Position numbers and translations under genes: made by a program. A stretch of 63,569 nucleotides of DNA, counting the filler, from Actinomycetota bacterium (GTDB lineage Bacteria; Actinomycetota; CADDZG01; JAHWKV01; JAOPZY01): NCBI GenBank assembly GCA_025963875.1. It is 5 parts of 5 records of this genome, joined end to end, with 100 filler letters (N's around TTAATTAATTAA, not from the genome) between each part and the next. Parts side by side here need not be neighbours in the genome. Positions count along the whole stretch, not along the records: positions 1 to 30,733 come from JAOPZY010000251.1; 4 more parts are not named here. One strand, 5' to 3'. Of the stretch, positions 1 through 8,842 are shown piece by piece (the stretch's first letter is position 1; each line of letters starts with the position of its first letter). The notes under the pieces were generated by a model. That model had not been told where the DNA came from, searched no databases, and saw only the letters and a list, made by a program, of their open reading frames with translations.

Positions 1-2
1 TC

Positions 3-260
3 GGGAACGCCACCGGGCACCCGAGCTTCGTGATGTCGAACAGCTTCACCAACCAGGTCATCGCCCAGATCGAGCTGTACACCCGCAGCGGCGACTACCC
101 GATCGGCGTCTACGTGCTGCCGAAGCACCTCGACGAGAAGGTGGCCCGGCTGCACCTCGACGCCCTGGGCGTGAAGCTGACGAAGCTCACGCCGGAGCAG
201 GCTGCCTACATCGGCGTCCCCGTGGAAGGCCCGTACAAGGCGGACCAGTACCGGTATTAG
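3..260 (+). CDS. ahcY: S-adenosylhomocysteine hydrolase, C-terminal part (5' truncated by window edge)
   Basis: [18 protein letters not shown]...[14 protein letters not shown]...YRY is the canonical AhcY C-terminus. Confidence 0.97.
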   Translation, partial: GNATGHPSFVMSNSFTNQVIAQIELYTRSGDYPIGVYVLPKHLDEKVARLHLDALGVKLTKLTPEQAAYIGVPVEGPYKADQYRY

Positions 261-267
261 CGGCTGG

Positions 268-1218
268 TCAGGCGAGGTACTCCTGTAAGGGCTCCAAGAT
301 CTTCTCGGGCCTGCGGACGAGGTCCTGCCAGGTGGCGTAGACGATCCGCCAACGCGTCCGGCCAAGGCTGTTGGCACGATCAGTATCGCTCTGGAACTTG
401 GCCCGCCCTGAATGGCACCAGTACCCCCGTGGCTCCAGTCCAACGTGAGGCGTCACGGTGAGCCATGCAAAGTCGATCCGGGCAATGAACTCGTCGCCGT
501 CCCAGACCTCGTACTGACGGACCGGCATCTCGATCCCCGCCCTCCGGAGCAGCCGCTCGATCAGCGTCTCGAACATGCTCTCGGTTGGCGCCGCATCGGG
601 GTCCCGGAGGGCCAGCAGCTCCCGCAGCACCCCTGCCCCCCGTCGCCCGTTGGCGCCGAGGGTCTCGAGTCGCTCCTTCATCCGGTCGAAGAGGTGCTCG
701 TCCCGGCGGAGTGCCGACTCCATCGCCGCCTCGACGACGGCGGGGTCGGGGACCACGGCGCCGAGGTCGATGAGGGTCCTCGCGAGGCCCGTCACTCTCA
801 AGGCCCCGAGCCATCCGGCGTCGGAAGGCGTGAGGAGCTTCGTCCGGTGCAGGGTGATGCCCTGCGGCATGTCCGGATTGCGGGGCCGGGCAGTCGTGAC
901 CTCGACCAACCCGTCAGCGTCGACGCCATCCAGTTTCCACAGGGCGGCGGCCGATCGGTGGGACACGGCGGACTCCGGCCCGGCCCAAAGGGTGGCAGCC
1001 ATGAGCTTCTGTTCCCACGATGGCGAGGCGCCCCGGATTCGGTAGACGCCGGGATGCAGCCGCTGCCACTCGCCGGAGTCGAGACGGTGCTGGATCGCGC
1101 CCCTCCCTAAACCGGCCTCGAGGGCCTGCGAACGGCTGAGCACGCCCCGTTGCTTTGCTATGAGGCGCCCTAGTTGAGCTTCTTTGTATGATGAGGCAGC
1201 ATTTTCATGTTTATTCAT
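268..1218 (-). CDS. AbiEi-like N-terminal HTH plus DUF559/Vsr-like C-terminal domain protein
   Basis: QRGVLSRSQ...WQRLHPGVY, SHRSAAALW, RTLIDL, TESMFE, RIDFAW and D-x-x-R-x-N motifs typical of this actinobacterial family; ATG at 1218 chosen, start uncertain. Confidence 0.85.
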   Translation of the reverse strand: MNKHENAASSYKEAQLGRLIAKQRGVLSRSQALEAGLGRGAIQHRLDSGEWQRLHPGVYRIRGASPSWEQKLMAATLWAGPESAVSHRSAAALWKLDGVDADGLVEVTTARPRNPDMPQGITLHRTKLLTPSDAGWLGALRVTGLARTLIDLGAVVPDPAVVEAAMESALRRDEHLFDRMKERLETLGANGRRGAGVLRELLALRDPDAAPTESMFETLIERLLRRAGIEMPVRQYEVWDGDEFIARIDFAWLTVTPHVGLEPRGYWCHSGRAKFQSDTDRANSLGRTRWRIVYATWQDLVRRPEKILEPLQEYLA

Positions 1219-1229
1219 ACAAAGAAGCT
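1177..1229. repeat. 53-bp palindromic element, family B copy 1 (15-bp perfect arms, 23-nt spacer)
   Basis: AGCTTCTTTGTATGA (1177-1191) and TCATACAAAGAAGCT (1215-1229). Confidence 0.85.
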
Positions 1230-1261
1230 TACAGCGAGGTACTGACAATCTGAGCCCTGTT

Positions 1262-1984
1262 TTAGGCGAGGCCGGCGGCTACGGCTTCCAGGAGGTCGGC
1301 AACCTCGGTCGCTCGGGCCTCCGATGCGATGAGGACGTCCTCGGCGGTGGCGGGGGCTCCGGCGCGGTTGGCGACCACCGTCACGCCGAGCACCTTCATG
1401 CCGAGCCGGCGGGCCATGACGACCTCCGGGACGGTCGACATCCCGGCGACGTCCCCCCCGAGCATCCGCAGCATCCGGACCTCGGCCGGGGTCTCGAAGC
1501 TTGGGCCCGACATCCCGACGTAGACGACCTCGGGGAGGCGAAGGCCCATCCGCTCGGCGGTGGCCCGAGCGGCACCACGAAGCTCGGCGTCGTAGGCCTC
1601 GGACAGGTCGACGAACTCCGACGTGCCACGCAGGGGGTTGTCGCCCATGAGGTTGATGTGGTCCCGGATGAGGGCGATCTCGCCGGCGGCCAGTTCCGCC
1701 CGCAGCGACCCCGTGGCGTTGGTGACGAAGAGCACCTCCGCTCCCCAGTCGTGGGCCTGGGCGACGGGCTCGGTGACCTCCGCCATCGAGTAGCCCTGGT
1801 AGAAGTGCAGCCGTCCCGCGAAGCCGAGGGCCGGCACACCCCCGAGGGTGCCCTCGACGATCTCCATCTTGTGGCCGGGCGCGGGGGGCCGGTCGAGGCC
1901 CGGGTGCGTCCACGGCCTGCGCTCTCCCTCGATGCGCTCGGCCACGGCGCTGAGGCCGGACCCGGCGATCACGGCGACCTTCAC
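1262..1984 (-). CDS. punA: purine-nucleoside phosphorylase (PNP family 2)
   Basis: GSGL, GRLHFYQG, DHINL, GPSFETPAE, GMSTVPE motifs. Confidence 0.93.
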   Translation of the reverse strand: MKVAVIAGSGLSAVAERIEGERRPWTHPGLDRPPAPGHKMEIVEGTLGGVPALGFAGRLHFYQGYSMAEVTEPVAQAHDWGAEVLFVTNATGSLRAELAAGEIALIRDHINLMGDNPLRGTSEFVDLSEAYDAELRGAARATAERMGLRLPEVVYVGMSGPSFETPAEVRMLRMLGGDVAGMSTVPEVVMARRLGMKVLGVTVVANRAGAPATAEDVLIASEARATEVADLLEAVAAGLA

Positions 1985-1994
1985 GGCGGCCCTC

Positions 1995-3098
1995 TCAGAC
2001 CGCGTACGTGCCGAGTGCGGCCTTGAGGGTGTCGATGGCGACGATGGGAGCCGGGTCCGCCCCGCGGGCGATGCCCAGGTAGGTGGTGGCGTGGTCGCCG
2101 GTGGTGATCAGGTCCAGCAGGCGGGCCAGGGGGGACGAACCCCGGGCCCAGACGTCCTCGACGAACTCGACGGAGTCGGACACCAGGGACCGGGTGACGT
2201 CGATGCGGCGAGCGATCCGGGGGTTCTCCCCCTCGTGGCGGAGGACGACGACCCCGAACGGCGCGGGGTTGGGCGGCGAGTCGCCACCGGAGCGGTAGAG
2301 GCCCACCACCTCGTTGTGGTTGAGCTCCGGGAAGGTCGCCCAGCCGGCAAGCACCTTTGCGTTCTCGTTGAACTGGCACTTCATGCGGTAGGCGGCGGCC
2401 CCGGCGATGCCTTCGGAGCCCCAGACCAGCGGCAGGCACCCCACGAGCCGGGCTCCCAGCTGCTTGGCGGGGTTCGAGGCGGCCGGCACGCTGCGGTGGC
2501 ACTCCCCCGCCCGCCGGGCGGCGACCTCCACCGCCTCGTCGAGGGCTGCGTCGAGTCCCGGCGCAAGTCCCAGCCGGCTGCACACGACCAGGGGCGGGAT
2601 CCCGACATAGCCAAGGGCGGCCCGAGGCATCAGTCCCCCGGGCACGACGACGGCCGGGTAGCCACGGGCATCCGCCTCCTGGGCGAGGGCGCCGCCGGTG
2701 GTGACGGCCACGATCCGGGCACCCCGCTCGGCGGCCTGGTGGAAGGCGCTCAGGGTCTCCTCGGTGTTGCCCGAATACGAAACGGCGAACACCAGGGTGT
2801 CCGGCCCCACCCAGGCGGGCACGTCGTAGTCGCGGATGGTGACGACGGGAACCGGCGCGAGCGGCGCCAGCACGCTGCGGCACAGCTCGCCGGAGATGCC
2901 GGAGCCACCCATGCCGAGTACAGCGATGGCCTTGAGGCCGGCGGCCGGGGGTAGGCCGTCGACGGCCGCCGCGAGACCGACCGCCTCGCCGAGCTGGGCC
3001 GGCAGGCCCTCCACGGCCTTCAGGAAGTCGCTGGGATCGGCTGCTGCGAGCTTTTCGGGGTCGTCCAGGTCGTCCAGGCGGGTCGTGGCCGGCGTCAA
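1995..3098 (-). CDS. bifunctional phosphoglucose/phosphomannose isomerase (SIS domains)
   Basis: GMGGSG, SYSGNTEET, QFNENAK, PELNHNE; TTG start at 3098 overlaps the Trm112 stop. Confidence 0.93.
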   Translation of the reverse strand: MTPATTRLDDLDDPEKLAAADPSDFLKAVEGLPAQLGEAVGLAAAVDGLPPAAGLKAIAVLGMGGSGISGELCRSVLAPLAPVPVVTIRDYDVPAWVGPDTLVFAVSYSGNTEETLSAFHQAAERGARIVAVTTGGALAQEADARGYPAVVVPGGLMPRAALGYVGIPPLVVCSRLGLAPGLDAALDEAVEVAARRAGECHRSVPAASNPAKQLGARLVGCLPLVWGSEGIAGAAAYRMKCQFNENAKVLAGWATFPELNHNEVVGLYRSGGDSPPNPAPFGVVVLRHEGENPRIARRIDVTRSLVSDSVEFVEDVWARGSSPLARLLDLITTGDHATTYLGIARGADPAPIVAIDTLKAALGTYAV

Positions 3099-3262
3099 GG
3101 CTTGACGGCCTCGTCGATGAGCATGTGCGGGATGTCGTTCACGACCGGGTACTCGTACCTGCATTCTCCGATGCAGGCGATGACGCTGTCGGCCTCCCGG
3201 TACTCGACCTGGCCCCGGCAGTTGGGACAGACGAGGATCTTCAGCAGCTCCTGATCAACCAT
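3095..3262 (-). CDS. Trm112 family protein
   Basis: LLKILVCPNCRG...YPVVNDIPHMLIDEA; usual position between manB and pgi/pmi. Confidence 0.9.
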   Translation of the reverse strand: MVDQELLKILVCPNCRGQVEYREADSVIACIGECRYEYPVVNDIPHMLIDEAVKP

Positions 3263-3302
3263 CGGCAACCCGCTCCCATCTCTCTCTTCCGAGCCGGAAG
3301 CC

Positions 3303-3818
3303 TCAGGATATGTCACCTTCCTCCGGCGGCATGTGGAAGGTGAACATCTTGTCCGCCTGGATACGGATGTAGCGGGAGCCGGAGTCCAGGAACTGCTCCC
3401 AGTCCGGCCCGAAGCGGGGCACGTAGATGTCGAGGAGCGTCTGGCGAAACCCGCCAGCCTGCACGTCGACGGGGACGGCGGTGCCGTGCACCGTGACGCA
3501 GAGCTCCTCGCCGGGCAGGTGCGTGGCGCTCACCTGGGGCCGCGCCCGGAGGTGACGCAACCGAAAGGAGTCGGGCGCCGACCCGAAATGGAAGGCGCCC
3601 CGGTAGAAGATGCCGTCGACCGGGCCGGTGAGGGGTCGCCCGTCGGCCGTCACGGTGGCCACCACGAGCAGGCGCATCCCCTGGAGCCGCTCGACGAGCT
3701 CGGCCGCGTCCACCCGCCGGTCGGGTGTGATGATGCTGCGGAGGTGCCGGCCGCCGGCCGCGTGGCTCCGGTCGAGCAGGTCCTGGAGCCGGGCGACGTC
3801 GTCTCGGGTCTCGTGCAC
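3303..3818 (-). CDS. pyridoxamine 5'-phosphate oxidase-like (split-barrel flavin/F420-binding) protein
   Basis: VATVTADGRP...RLRHLRARPQVS...VTVHGTA. Confidence 0.85.
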   Translation of the reverse strand: MHETRDDVARLQDLLDRSHAAGGRHLRSIITPDRRVDAAELVERLQGMRLLVVATVTADGRPLTGPVDGIFYRGAFHFGSAPDSFRLRHLRARPQVSATHLPGEELCVTVHGTAVPVDVQAGGFRQTLLDIYVPRFGPDWEQFLDSGSRYIRIQADKMFTFHMPPEEGDIS

Positions 3819-3840
3819 GCTGGCAGACCGCGGTGGGCGC

Positions 3841-5184
3841 TTACCGCGCGGAGATCCGGGCCAGCAGCTCCGCCGTCTTGGCCTCCCCGAGCTCGGCCGT
3901 GGTCGCCTCGACGTTGAGGCGAAGCAGCGGCTCCGTGTTCGACGGCCGGGCGTTGAACCACCAGTCGGGATAGTCGACGGTCAGGCCGTCGAGCCAGTCG
4001 ATCTTGCCGTCGGCGTACGCCTCGGCGAGCTCCTTCAGCTTCGCGGTCTGATCCCTGACCTCGGTGTTGATCTCGCCGGAGTTCCAGTACTTGCGGTACG
4101 GGGCCAGGACCTCGGACAGCGGCTTGTTCTCGGTGCCGAGCGCCTCGAGGACGAACATGGTGGCGATCATCCCCGAGTCGGCCCGGAAGTTGTCCCGGAA
4201 GTAGTAGTGGCCCGAGTGCTCGCCCCCGAAGGCGGCGCCGGTCTCCGCCATGATCTGCTTGATGAAGGAGTGGCCCACCCGCGAACGGATCGGCTTGCCG
4301 CCGTTGGCGAGGATCGTCTCGGGGACGATCCGGGAGCAGATCAGGTTGTAGACGATCGGGGCGCCCGGGTTCTTGGCGAGGATCCGGGCTGCGACCAGGG
4401 CGGTGGTGAGGCTCCCCGACACCGTCTCGGCCTTCTCGTCGACGAGGAACACCCGGTCGGCGTCGCCGTCGAAGGCCAGGCCGATGTCGGCCTTCTCGGC
4501 GAGGACTGTCGCCCGGAGGGCCTTCAGGTTCTCGATCTGGATGGGATCGGCGGGGTGGTTGGGGAAGCTGCCGTCGAGCTCGAAATAGAGCGGCACCAGG
4601 CGCACCGGCAGGCGCCGGAACAGCGGGGGCACCATCTTGCCCGCCATCCCGTTCGCGGCGTCGGCCACGACGGTCGACGGCTTGATGTTGTCCGTATCCA
4701 CGAACGAGAGGACGTGCGTGGCGAAGTCCTCCACGATGTCCAGGGTCTCGACGGTGCCCCTGGTGGGCGCTGGGGGCAGCTCGGTCTCGGCAAGCCGGCG
4801 GACCTCGGCGAGGCCGGTGTCCTGCCCGATGGGGGCGGCGCCGGCCAGGCACATCTTGCACCCGTTGTAGCGGGGGGGGTTGTGGGAGGCGGTGAACATG
4901 GCCCCGGGGGCATCCAGTTTGCCGGAGGCGAAGTAGAGGGCGTCACTCGAGACTTCGCCGATGTCGACGACGTTCGCACCCTGCCCCGTGGCCCCCTCGA
5001 TGAAGGCCGCGGCAAGCGCCGGCGAGGAGAGCCGCATGTCTCTGCCGACAATGACCTTGGGGGCCTTCACGAAGGCGGCGAACGCGGCGCCCAGGCGCTG
5101 GGCGACCGTTTCGTTAATCTCGTCCGGATAGATGCCCCGGACGTCATAGGCCTTGAAGATGCGGGAAAGATCCAAGAGGTCCAT
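3841..5184 (-). CDS. manB: phosphomannomutase/phosphoglucomutase
   Basis: IFKAYDVRG, TASHNP, DGDADR, GEHSGHYY, RPSNTEP. Confidence 0.96.
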   Translation of the reverse strand: MDLLDLSRIFKAYDVRGIYPDEINETVAQRLGAAFAAFVKAPKVIVGRDMRLSSPALAAAFIEGATGQGANVVDIGEVSSDALYFASGKLDAPGAMFTASHNPPRYNGCKMCLAGAAPIGQDTGLAEVRRLAETELPPAPTRGTVETLDIVEDFATHVLSFVDTDNIKPSTVVADAANGMAGKMVPPLFRRLPVRLVPLYFELDGSFPNHPADPIQIENLKALRATVLAEKADIGLAFDGDADRVFLVDEKAETVSGSLTTALVAARILAKNPGAPIVYNLICSRIVPETILANGGKPIRSRVGHSFIKQIMAETGAAFGGEHSGHYYFRDNFRADSGMIATMFVLEALGTENKPLSEVLAPYRKYWNSGEINTEVRDQTAKLKELAEAYADGKIDWLDGLTVDYPDWWFNARPSNTEPLLRLNVEATTAELGEAKTAELLARISAR

Positions 5185-5473
5185 GGCGGGCACTTTACCC
5201 GGCCGTGGCTGCCACCCGCAGCCGTCCGCCAGAGATTTGAGCAAGTGTTGACATGGCCTGGATAATAGGTATCGAGAAGCAGGGATTCCGGATTCCTCCG
5301 TGCCACACTACGCCACTTCCCGCAAACAGGGCGCGAGCGTCCGGGATTTTTGACTGTCGATGTGATTTTCCGCAGTATCTCCGCAACATCCGTCGCACCG
5401 TCTGGGGCCGTGGAACCAGCGGAGCGGGGTTGGCGTCGAATCGAGTACGAGCAGAGCTGGAGCGAGGGACGAC

Positions 5474-5800
5474 GTGACCAACGAAGAGCATCCATCCAGG
5501 AAGACGACGAAGACCACCAAGGCGCTCGCATCCAAGCTGGCGTCCCTCGAGCTGGAGGCCCGCTGGCAGGACCTTGCCGAATGCAAAGGCATGGACCCCA
5601 CCCTGTTCTTCGGCCCCGAGCACGCCGAGACCGTCAAGGAGAAGCGTGACCGGGAAGACGCCGCCAAGGCAGTGTGCAACCGCTGTCCCGTTCGGGCCGA
5701 GTGCCTCGAATATGCGCTCGACGCCCGGGAGGCGTACGGAATCTGGGGTGGCATGACCGAGCTCGAGCGCCGGGCGCTGCTGCGCCGGCGTGCCAGCTAG
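5474..5800 (+). CDS. WhiB-family Fe-S transcription regulator
   Basis: WQ...C...LFF...AKAVCNRCPVRAECLEYAL...GIWGGMTE.ER, four conserved Cys. Confidence 0.96.
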   Translation: MTNEEHPSRKTTKTTKALASKLASLELEARWQDLAECKGMDPTLFFGPEHAETVKEKRDREDAAKAVCNRCPVRAECLEYALDAREAYGIWGGMTELERRALLRRRAS

Positions 5801-5837
5801 GGGCTACCGGATCAACCGGATTTAGGGGGCCGGCCGG

Positions 5838-6386
5838 TTGGGGGTGGGTGGGCCGCGCCGTCTGATCGTCTGCCTCGTGGGAGTCATGGCCTGCGTCGCG
5901 GTGGGTTGCAAGGGAAAACCGATGGCCGCGCAGGCCGACGTCAGCAAGTGGAAGAGCTACGACAGGCCGGGCTTCAGTGCCAGGTTCCCCAGCTCGCCGG
6001 CGATCGAGATCCAGCACATCACCCAGTCGGGCCTGAACGTCGACCTGACGATCTACAAGGCGGACCTCGGGACCAGCCACTACACCGTCAGCTCCGTCAC
6101 CTACCCCAGCACCGTGGACGTCAGCACCCCGGCGAACAACCTCAACGGGGCAGTTAACGGCGCCCTGCAGAGCTCGGGCATCAAGAACGCCCACGTCGTC
6201 AAGCAGACACCGAACACGGTGAGCGGGAGCCCCGGCATGGAGGTGGAGGCGAGCGCCGACAACGGCTATCTCTTCCTCGAGGCCATCCTGAGGGACCACA
6301 CCCTGTTCCAGGTCCTGACGGCCAACGACCAGAACGCCCCTCCCGCCTCGGCCCAGCCCTTCATCGACAGCGTCACACTCAAGTAA
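5838..6386 (+). CDS. hypothetical lipoprotein
   Basis: basic n-region, hydrophobic stretch and lipobox VAVGC; strong GC3 codon bias. Confidence 0.7.
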   Translation: MGVGGPRRLIVCLVGVMACVAVGCKGKPMAAQADVSKWKSYDRPGFSARFPSSPAIEIQHITQSGLNVDLTIYKADLGTSHYTVSSVTYPSTVDVSTPANNLNGAVNGALQSSGIKNAHVVKQTPNTVSGSPGMEVEASADNGYLFLEAILRDHTLFQVLTANDQNAPPASAQPFIDSVTLK

Positions 6387-6416
6387 GGGCCCGACCAGCT
6401 GGACGCCGGCGCTACC

Positions 6417-7853
6417 ATGGCCCGCGTGCGCCTCTACGACACGCTGACCAGATCCGTCAGGGACTTCACGCCGAACGATCCGGGCCGCGTGACCATGTAC
6501 ACCTGCGGCCCCACGGTGTACCGGCCCGTCCACATCGGCAACCTGCGCACCTTCATCGCGGCCGACCTGTTCCGCCGGGCCCTGGAGCTGGAGGGCCTCG
6601 AGGTCCGCAAGGTGATGAACATCACCGACGTCGGGCACATGACGGACGACTCCCAGGAGGAGGGCGGCGAGGACAAGATGCAGCTCGCCTCGGAGGACGA
6701 GGGCCTCTCCCCGGTGGAGATCGCCGAGAAGTACACGGCCGCCTTCCACCGCGATGCCGGGTCGGTCAACATCCTTCCGGCAGCCGCCTACCCGAAGGCC
6801 ACCGAGCACATCGCCGAGATGGTCGAGCTCACCGAGACGCTCATCCGGCGTGGCCACGCCTACGAGGTGGACGGAATGGTCTACTTCGACGTCGACTCGT
6901 TCCCCACCTACGGGAAGCTGTCCCACAACACCGTCGACCAGCTTGCCGCCGGGCACCGCAGCCTGACGCCGGGAGGGGGCGTCGACCCGAAGAAGCGGCG
7001 CCACTACGACTTCACCCTGTGGCGGGCTGCCGGCCCCCGCCGCCTCATGAAATGGCCCAGCCCGTGGGGAGAGGGCTATCCCGGCTGGCACGTCGAGTGC
7101 TCGGCCATGAGCCTGAAGCTCCTCGGCGACCACGTCGACCTCCACACGGGGGGCGCCGACCTGGTCTTCCCCCACCACGAGGACGAGATCGCCCAGTCGG
7201 AGGGCGCCACCGGGCACCAGGTGGTGGGCGCGTGGTCGCACGCCTACCACCTGCTGTCGGAGGGCCGGAAGATGGCCAAGTCGGCGGGCAACTTCTACGT
7301 CCTCGCCGACCTCGTCGAGCGGGGCGCCGACCCCCTGGCGTTCCGCTACCTGGCCCTCCAGACCCGCTACCGGGAGCCGACCAACTTCACCTTGGAGGCA
7401 CTGGCGGCGGCCGATCGGGGCCTGGAGCGCTACCGCAAGCAGATGGCGGAGTGGTTCGCCGGGCCGGTGGCGGTCTCGCCGGGAGGTGTGCCAGCTGGCT
7501 TCTCCGGGGGGGCTGCCGAGCTCGACCAGCGGTTCCGGGAGGCGGTGGCCGAGGACCTCAACACCCCCCGGGCGCTGTCCGTCGTGGCCGAGCTGGCGTC
7601 GGCTGCGATCGAGCCCGGTCAGAAGTACCGGCTTCTCACGTCGTGGGACCGGTTCCTCGGCCTCGACCTCGCCAGGGAGGTCACCACCCGGGACCAGCTC
7701 CCGCGCGGCGCCTCCGAGAAGATCGAGGCAAGGGAACGGGCCAGGGGGGACCGGGACTGGGCCAGCGCCGACCGGATCCGGGCCGAGCTCGCGGCGCTGG
7801 GCGTGGAGGTCATCGACACCCCCCAGGGCACCCGCTGGCTCGTGTCCCGCTGA
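6417..7853 (+). CDS. cysS: cysteine--tRNA ligase
   Basis: YTCGPTVY, HIGN, PGWHVECSAM, FPHHEDE, KMAKS. Confidence 0.98.
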   Translation: MARVRLYDTLTRSVRDFTPNDPGRVTMYTCGPTVYRPVHIGNLRTFIAADLFRRALELEGLEVRKVMNITDVGHMTDDSQEEGGEDKMQLASEDEGLSPVEIAEKYTAAFHRDAGSVNILPAAAYPKATEHIAEMVELTETLIRRGHAYEVDGMVYFDVDSFPTYGKLSHNTVDQLAAGHRSLTPGGGVDPKKRRHYDFTLWRAAGPRRLMKWPSPWGEGYPGWHVECSAMSLKLLGDHVDLHTGGADLVFPHHEDEIAQSEGATGHQVVGAWSHAYHLLSEGRKMAKSAGNFYVLADLVERGADPLAFRYLALQTRYREPTNFTLEALAAADRGLERYRKQMAEWFAGPVAVSPGGVPAGFSGGAAELDQRFREAVAEDLNTPRALSVVAELASAAIEPGQKYRLLTSWDRFLGLDLAREVTTRDQLPRGASEKIEARERARGDRDWASADRIRAELAALGVEVIDTPQGTRWLVSR

Positions 7854-7870
7854 GGTTAAGCACCTCGCCA

Positions 7871-7923
7871 AGCTTCTTTGGGTGAATAGCCGCCATATTG
7901 ACCACTTATCACCCAAAGAAGGT
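7871..7923. repeat. 53-bp palindromic element, family B copy 2; may also act as bidirectional terminator between convergent genes
   Basis: CTTCTTTGGGTGA (7873-7885) and TCACCCAAAGAAG (7909-7921), 23-nt spacer, same geometry as 1177-1229. Confidence 0.8.
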
Positions 7924-7924
7924 T

Positions 7925-8221
7925 TCAGGGGGTCTCGTCGGGCAGGTCCTTGCCGATGTAGCGGGTCCGTACCCGGCCCCCCTCCCGCCAGTAGGCGTAC
8001 CAGTAGGGGCCGTGCGGGCAGCGGGTGCAGCCCCGCTTGCCGCACCGGACGGACTGGAGGCGGTACCCGACCTTGCCGGGGCCACTGCCGATGACCTCGC
8101 CGGGGCCGAGCGGGAGGTCGCCGCGCTGGACGAGGAGGCCGCGGACGAAGATCAGGAGGCGCCGGAGGTCGTACTCGTCGAGGGTGCGGACCTCCCGGAT
8201 GAGCCGGCGGTCGAGGCTCAC
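7925..8221 (-). CDS. DUF6788-like small zinc-binding protein
   Basis: RCGKRGCTRCPHGPYWYAYWREGGRVRTRYIG motif; GTG start at 8221. Confidence 0.75.
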   Translation of the reverse strand: MSLDRRLIREVRTLDEYDLRRLLIFVRGLLVQRGDLPLGPGEVIGSGPGKVGYRLQSVRCGKRGCTRCPHGPYWYAYWREGGRVRTRYIGKDLPDETP

Positions 8222-8237
8222 AACCGCCCTACGGGTG

Positions 8238-8507
8238 TTAGATCGCGTCCGCCTGGAAGATCTGCTCCTCGATGACGCTGCGGGCGAGCGTCGCCCGACG
8301 GTCCTCGACCTCCCAACCCCGCGGGGGCCGGAATCTGTCGGCGTGGTCCGAGCAGAGGTCGTAGCTCGCCGGGTCGGGCGGATCGGGCAGGTCGTGGAGC
8401 CACACCCGCCGGGTGGCGTAGTCGAACGCGAGGGTGGCAGCTGCCGCGCTCGGACAGCCCGCACGCGAGCAGGGCCGGGGAGGATGCCCAACCTCGTAAA
8501 ACGCCAT
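8238..8507 (-). CDS. DUF3499 family protein
   Basis: RPCSRAGC...AATLAFDY...SYDLCSDHADR..PPRGWEV. Confidence 0.88.
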   Translation of the reverse strand: MAFYEVGHPPRPCSRAGCPSAAAATLAFDYATRRVWLHDLPDPPDPASYDLCSDHADRFRPPRGWEVEDRRATLARSVIEEQIFQADAI

Positions 8508-8842
8508 CGCCCACGACTGTAAGTTACCGGCCTGTTGTTTTCAAGAGCCCGGCCCCCTCCCGGGGTATCTTACCCGTCGGATCCGTTGCCTAAGAAGCTT
8601 TTGTGATTCTTCCCAGGAGTGCCCGCTGGAGGGCTACGCCCGACCGGCAGAACACTTCGGGAAAAACAAGAAGGAACGCCCCCGAGGGCGCTCCTCCGAT
8701 GATCTACCCGACATCCGTGAACAAAAAAGTGTTCCGCAGTAACCCTTGGGTTGCCCCTCCGGTTTCTGCGGAACTCGATTACTTTAGCACGGGGTGGCCC
8801 GGCAACGCAAGGCCTAGAACCAACTTTTTTGACATCGCGCGA

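Noticed and set aside
5245..5473. CRP-type site upstream of the WhiB gene
   Set aside because: A TGTGA half-site is present but there is no matching second half at the correct spacing
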